NCBI GenBank assembly: GCA_965112735.1
Contig: OZ218957.1
Span: forward strand, 2,356,001-2,420,000
Direction: 5' to 3'
From: Phaeosaccion multiseriatum
Taxonomy: Eukaryota; Protista; Ochrophyta, other classes
Length of the DNA: 64,000 bases
Part shown: positions 58,982 to 64,000 of the stretch, in pieces
How the letters are laid out: each line of letters starts with the position of its first letter
How positions within the stretch are numbered: position 1 is the stretch's first letter
The notes under the pieces: generated by a model
Seen by the model: only the letters and a program-made list of their open reading frames with translations
What the model was told of the DNA's origin: nothing
Database searches by the model: none
Position numbers and translations under genes: made by a program

Positions 58982-60598
58982 CGGGATTGACTTGGACTCA
59001 ACTCGGCCAAGGGTCTCTGGGTCGGGTATCGCATCGGTATGCCTGGCTGATTGTTAGAAGCCGGACCGACCGCACCTTTTCTCCTTTCGAGGCTTTTAGG
59101 CGTAGGAATGCCGTGCTTTGCCGTCCGAGGAGAGTGCAGAGGTGTCGGTCTCTCTCTCTCTCTCGTGGCTTTGGGTTGCCTCCTTCCCAGACAGGACTGG
59201 TCCTCTGACTACTGAGGCGTTCGTGGTAGGCCTTCCCGACGGGGCTACAAGCTCGATTTGATCACACCTTCTCTTGCTGGAGGTAGCACAGGTGGGCGGG
59301 GACCGAAGGGGCGCTCCGAGTGACTGACTGCGAAGTGAGGCAACACTTTGAGTTGAGATTGAATCGCGGCAGTGAAGTGCATAGACGACGCCGCTTGTCA
59401 CCCGCCGCCCGGGCTCGTTTTTACTGCCATTGCCGCGGCCGCTACCGATGCCGCTGCTGGCCTGCTGGCGTGGACTGTTGCATTCAGACAGAGCCGCGGG
59501 ATGGGGTCGAGTTCGAGGTGTGGCTTTGGCCGTTTCAGATGAGGCGATGAGTCAGCGGAGGGGATATGAGAGAGAGACACGTTGGGCCGCTGCGACTGTG
59601 GAATGGTTTGTGTGTGTTCTGCGGTGAGAGGCTCTACAGCACGTGTGCTGGGACACATTTGAAGCCCTCGGAACCGTGCGGGGAGGGGCTATGGTAGTGG
59701 ATCGTGAGAGGGTGCCGTGGAAGGCCATGAAGAACAAGCCCTCCCTGGGTGGAGTAGCGAGGGAGAGGCTTGCTTCTCTTACCTTGTTGCCACCAAGTAC
59801 ATGTATTGTATGCCCCAAGGATGCCATGGTGAACAAGTCGGACAAGCGCGGGGTATGGTATCATCATCGACACGGAGGGGGGGGGAGGGCTCTGGTTGTG
59901 CACTTGCACACGTCGGTATCATTGAGCTGCTTGCCTAGTCAAGGCAAGAGACGAAGCACATCACCGCTTGCCTTCCCTTCCCTTCCCTTCCCTCACGTCG
60001 GCATGGTGTGTGGCCTCACATGGCGCGGCGTGTAGATCGTCATGTACAGTATCCTCTGACGGCTCTGCTCTGTGCCTCTGCACCTCTTTTCTAAAGTGCA
60101 CCTGGCTACCTGGGGGAAAGCGCAAGCAGCAAGCACATGGGGGGGATGGGGGGGAGGGCAGATGGAGAAGAGCCTGTACAGAGCCACGGTCGCCAGTGGG
60201 AACACGCTGGTGGCATGGAGGAGAAGCGTTTGATGGGAAAGGGGCCGTGGGAGGGCGAACATCGTGCTAACAGGGCCATTGATCCTGTACGCAAGGAAAC
60301 GGTGGACAGAAATCGGGGTAGTTCCGCTTTCTGTCGACCGTTTCCTTGCGTACAGGACCCATGGCCCTGTTAGCACGATATTCGCCCCCACGAGGCGAGG
60401 CCACCGACTTTCGACTCGTTGAAACTTGCGCTACAGCAGGTCCGTGGGAGGGCGTCGCTTTCTTTCTTTGAATGGCAAGCCCCAGTCTCTCTCCCTACCA
60501 CGTATTCATTCCTTTTTTCTTCTTCTTGTTGTATTGTTCTCGTTCTTGTTCTGTAGTTTTAGAAGGCCAGTAAGTATTGTACATTCACGGGTCCGTCC

Positions 60599-63500
60599 CT
60601 AGTGTCGAGTGGGCGCAGTCTTCAAAGGTGCCAGCGTTGCATGGCGGCCTGGAGAGGCTGAGGGGCTTCGCGGCCCATCCTGGGTAGAGACCTTCCTGCT
60701 GAGAGACGGCTGAAGAAGCGGTTCCATGCGCTCCTCCTCCTCCTTCTCCTCATCCCCCTCGTCGTGGGGAAATGCGCCCCCCGGGGATGCCGCATGGGGG
60801 GTCAGGTCGCCGGTGTTACCGAGCTCCTCCTCCTGCCGCTGGTCCTGGTCCTTCAACGCCGCTACTGCGTCGCCATTCTTGCTGGAGCTGCCCACGTTAA
60901 TCTTTACGGGGGCCTTCTTGTGGGCGGTGGAGGGTCTGCTGGGCTGCTGCCGTACCGAAGGGCTGCCCTCTGGGGGAGGGGCGGCGCCACCACCCTCTGC
61001 CTCCTGCTGCTGCTGTGCTACGGACGAACATGCCTCTGCTCCGCCGCTCTCTCCTTGCTCGGAGGTGGTCCGAGACGGCAGCGGGGCGATCTGGGCGACC
61101 CCATCCTCTGCCGTACTACCAAAGAGACTACGTCGCGCCGGGCTCATCGAGCTCCCAAGCCCCCCGGCAGCCGACGGTCTGGCTTCCCTCACCGTGCCGC
61201 TTCTACTGATACTCCGAGAGGGGCAATAGGAACTGTCGCGATTGGGTGAGTGCGAGGCGGTGAACAACTGCAAGGATGGTCTGCTCACGTCGCCTTTCTT
61301 CATGCACCCAGCAGTTCGCTTACCGCTAAGCGCCCCCGCCCTCGTGATGCCTTTCCTGGCCTTGTCCGAAGAATTGGACCACAGCCGGGAACGGGAACCA
61401 CCACCCCTGCTATTCCCTCTTTTGTGACGTGGTGAGGAACCGACAGAAACACTGCCGCAGCCTTCTTCCGCTGTCGACTCTGCCCAGACATCCAGTTGGA
61501 GGCACGCGCGTTTGAAGGCGTCGCTGTAGAGGATGGAGTTGGTCAGGTTTTGGTTGAGCATCTTGGAGATTTCGCGGTAGGCCTTGTCGAATATGCCGAT
61601 TTGCTCTTCGAGCGGCAGAGAGTCGAACATGTCGACATGCGTTCGCGCGGAGATCTCGGCCACAACTTTGGACGGCACGTTGACTTCGAATTCACTGCCC
61701 GGGGCCAGGTAGAGGCTGAAGATCCGGCTTGCGTGGAAATACCACCCCGCTTCTTCTTCTCCTCCTCCTTTTTGTTTTTGCGCTCCACTCCCCTTGCGGG
61801 AGGTGCTGGTAGCATCACCTTCCTCGCCCACGTGGCCACTAGTCCTCGCGCCATGCCTCGCGTCTCCTCCTCCTGGCTCGCCCTCCTTCTTCTCCTCGTA
61901 CAAGTACTTGCTTCTCTGCTTGGGCAAGCGTGGCTTTGCTTCCTCCTTCTTCTCCTCCTCCTCCTCCTCCACGGTGTTCTCCTCGGCCTCCGTCAGTCTT
62001 CCTCGAATTATTTCATCTTCATCCTCTGCTGCGTTTGGTGTCTCTCCTTGAAAATGGGTCTTGTACAGCTGTACCTCACGTAAAAAGTCATAACTCTCGT
62101 GACACATCGATCTGTTGACGTAGTCAATGAGCACGTCGTTCATAAGCGGCTCTTGCATCATGGCTTCAACGTCAGAGTACTTCTCTCTGTACTTCTCCAA
62201 TTTCACGTTCTCCCAATCATCGCCCTCGACGGCTATTCTGCTCATCGTCGCTCCTCGCCGCGCCCGCCTCACGCTGAGTCGCTTCATGACGAACCTGTAA
62301 GCATGGCCTTCGTTGTCCCTGCCCACTAAACACAACACCAGCGACTCGAAAATGCTGGCAAGCAAGCCTAAACCAATCAAAAGGTTGATGGCAGTGCCCG
62401 TGTCCGCAAGGCCCGTTTTGTCGAGAAACACCGTCGCCAAGATTGGTATCGACATGGACAGGACGATGATGTTGACGCGATGTAGCTCAGACCCAAATTC
62501 AAGCATATCGTCCAGGTCCTCCACGTATCCCGCTATGACGTTGAGGATGCAGTAGACGAAGAAGAGCATGTGAGAGTGCACAGCCCAATCATTGAAGAAG
62601 TATCCACACTCCTCACCGAGCTCCTCGCGGCCCTGCGGGCGGGGGGGGGGGTGGATCGGGGAGGAGGGTGGGGGACGGTGGAGCGCGTGGACGGGTCAGG
62701 AGGGGGTAGCTGCGGAAATCACAATGGATAAAGCTCTTATCATTTCTGTGGCATCCCTCGCGAATCGGGTTGGAACTGCTTCCTCTCCCTCGTGCTGCTC
62801 ACCTTGGAGTAGCGGGGGAGGGCGAATGTCAACACTGTGCACACACAAACAGCCAGTAGAGGGCCTATACCACACCCCGTGAACATTGCTTTGCGAGATA
62901 GGAACTTGCCGTACTTCTGCCGTAGAACTGGAGTGAATCAGGGAAAGAAAGGGGGAAAGGGCATGAGGCCGAGAGAGCTGTTGATTGAGCATGCAGCCAG
63001 CTGGATGAGGGATAAACCAAGGCAAAGAAACAATAGAGCTCCCCACGAACCGGAAAGGGAGCCAGAAGTGTAGCTACCTCATCCTCTCCGCCCGCGCGCC
63101 CCCTCCCGCTTACCTTTATCCCCACTCACACCGAGGCGAAGCCCTCGTATACCGTACGCCCACAAGAAAAGGAGGAAGAACAAATCTGGGGAGGAGAAAG
63201 AGAGGAGGGTGGGAGAGACAAGAGAAGAGTAGGTGGAGCAGAGTCAGCGCAGAGATGGGCGGGTGGGGCACGCAGCAGGGGGAGAACAACACGGTACGAG
63301 TCGCAACCCCTCGCCCAGGCCGCCCGGCAGTGTCGTGGTGGGCCGAGCAGGAGAACAGACACTCACATGACTCCCACATGGTTATCCAGCAAGGCCATTC
63401 CTTGCCCAGCGTGGTGACCACTTGTTGGAGAGGAAGGAGAATGCCCCCGACCAGGAACGCATAGGCAACGGAAACTAAAGTGAGCTCAGGCGTGCGAGCT

Positions 63501-63693
63501 CGGAAGCGAAGTGTGTCCGACCTGCACACCAGAGCGAGAGGGAGAGAAGGGTGTCAGTGAGGACTCGCTTGGTGTCCAGCTCTGGCCACCCTCCCTTCTG
63601 TACATACATGCTAAAGAAAAACGCGAATGAGCCGATGGTAACCAAAATGAAGACGATGAAGTAAACGCTCAAGAAGGCTACTGAAAAGATCAT
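60599..63693 (-). CDS. 7TM-RGS protein (seven predicted TM helices, RGS domain, disordered Ser-rich tail), multi-exon
   Basis: Spliced hydrophobic segments: MIFSVAFLSVYFIVFILVTIGSFAFFF; RFRARTPELTLVSVAYAFLVGGILLPL; WPCWITMWESYLFFLLFLWAYGIRGLRL; AMFTGCGIGPLLAVCVCTVLTFAL; three more in the last exon. RGS: LIDYVNRSMCHESYDFLREVQLYK...ASRIFSLYLAPGSEFEVNV...IFDKAYREISKMLNQN. Confidence 0.85.
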
Positions 63694-64000
63694 GGTAGTA
63701 GTGGGATGGGTGTATAAGAGCAAGCCGAGGCGTGGTACTCCGGCTCCTCCCTACGGGAAATTCACCATGATTTGGCTTATGCTACTCCTACTCCTACTCC
63801 TACTGCTGGAGTTACCCTCCTTGCGGCCGGTCGCCGTAAACCCGCACACGGATCGCACACGTACAGGCCAAAACATGTAACGCCTGCGGACACCAGGTAT
63901 TGTTGACTTTTCTTTTATCTTGGCCCTTTGATTTACTTGGTGTGGCGCCCGCACCGCCCCAGCTTCATCATGAAGAAAGGACGAAAGGATGGAGACGCCC

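Noticed and set aside
59000-60590. Repeat-poor 1.6-kb region with several 70-130 aa ORFs
   Set aside because: No motifs or consistent splice structure; best explained as 3'UTRs of the convergent TRAPPC2 and 7TM-RGS genes.
63751-63768. Short upstream ORF (MVNFP*) ahead of the 7TM-RGS start
   Set aside because: A five-codon ORF is expected by chance and the transcription start is unknown.

Overview
Eukaryotic nuclear DNA, not prokaryotic. It is intron-rich, full of microsatellites and GC-rich in exons. Signal peptides followed by F/W/Y (AFA-FVAP, AQA-WVTP) suggest a photosynthetic stramenopile (ochrophyte alga); this is an inference. I built gene models by eye from GT-AG junctions and recognisable motifs. 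In order, the window holds: the 3' end of a WW-domain gene, a plant-type FKBP12, a COG0523/CobW GTPase, three ankyrin-like repeat paralogs (one intact, one frameshifted, one degenerate) around a complete alpha-dioxygenase, a plastid Hsp33, neuroguidin/Lcp5, a ~1470-aa plastid-targeted NusG-SAP fusion, a DNAJB-type J protein, a C2 protein with a 60-aa hydrophobic hairpin, a DEAH helicase, an unannotated 68-aa membrane microprotein, a matrin-type zinc-finger/RGG protein, a plastid PPR protein, zeta-COP, TRAPPC2/sedlin and a 7TM-RGS. Most genes sit in tight head-to-head pairs. Non-coding highlights: a ~250-bp near-perfect fold-back, a 14-mer (CAGTTGGTGATACA) repeated exactly 10 times in both exons and introns, and G-rich-5'/C-rich-3' polarity of intron ends. 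Most ORFs in the supplied track are microsatellite artefacts. I recognised no rRNA, tRNA, CRISPR array or transposase.
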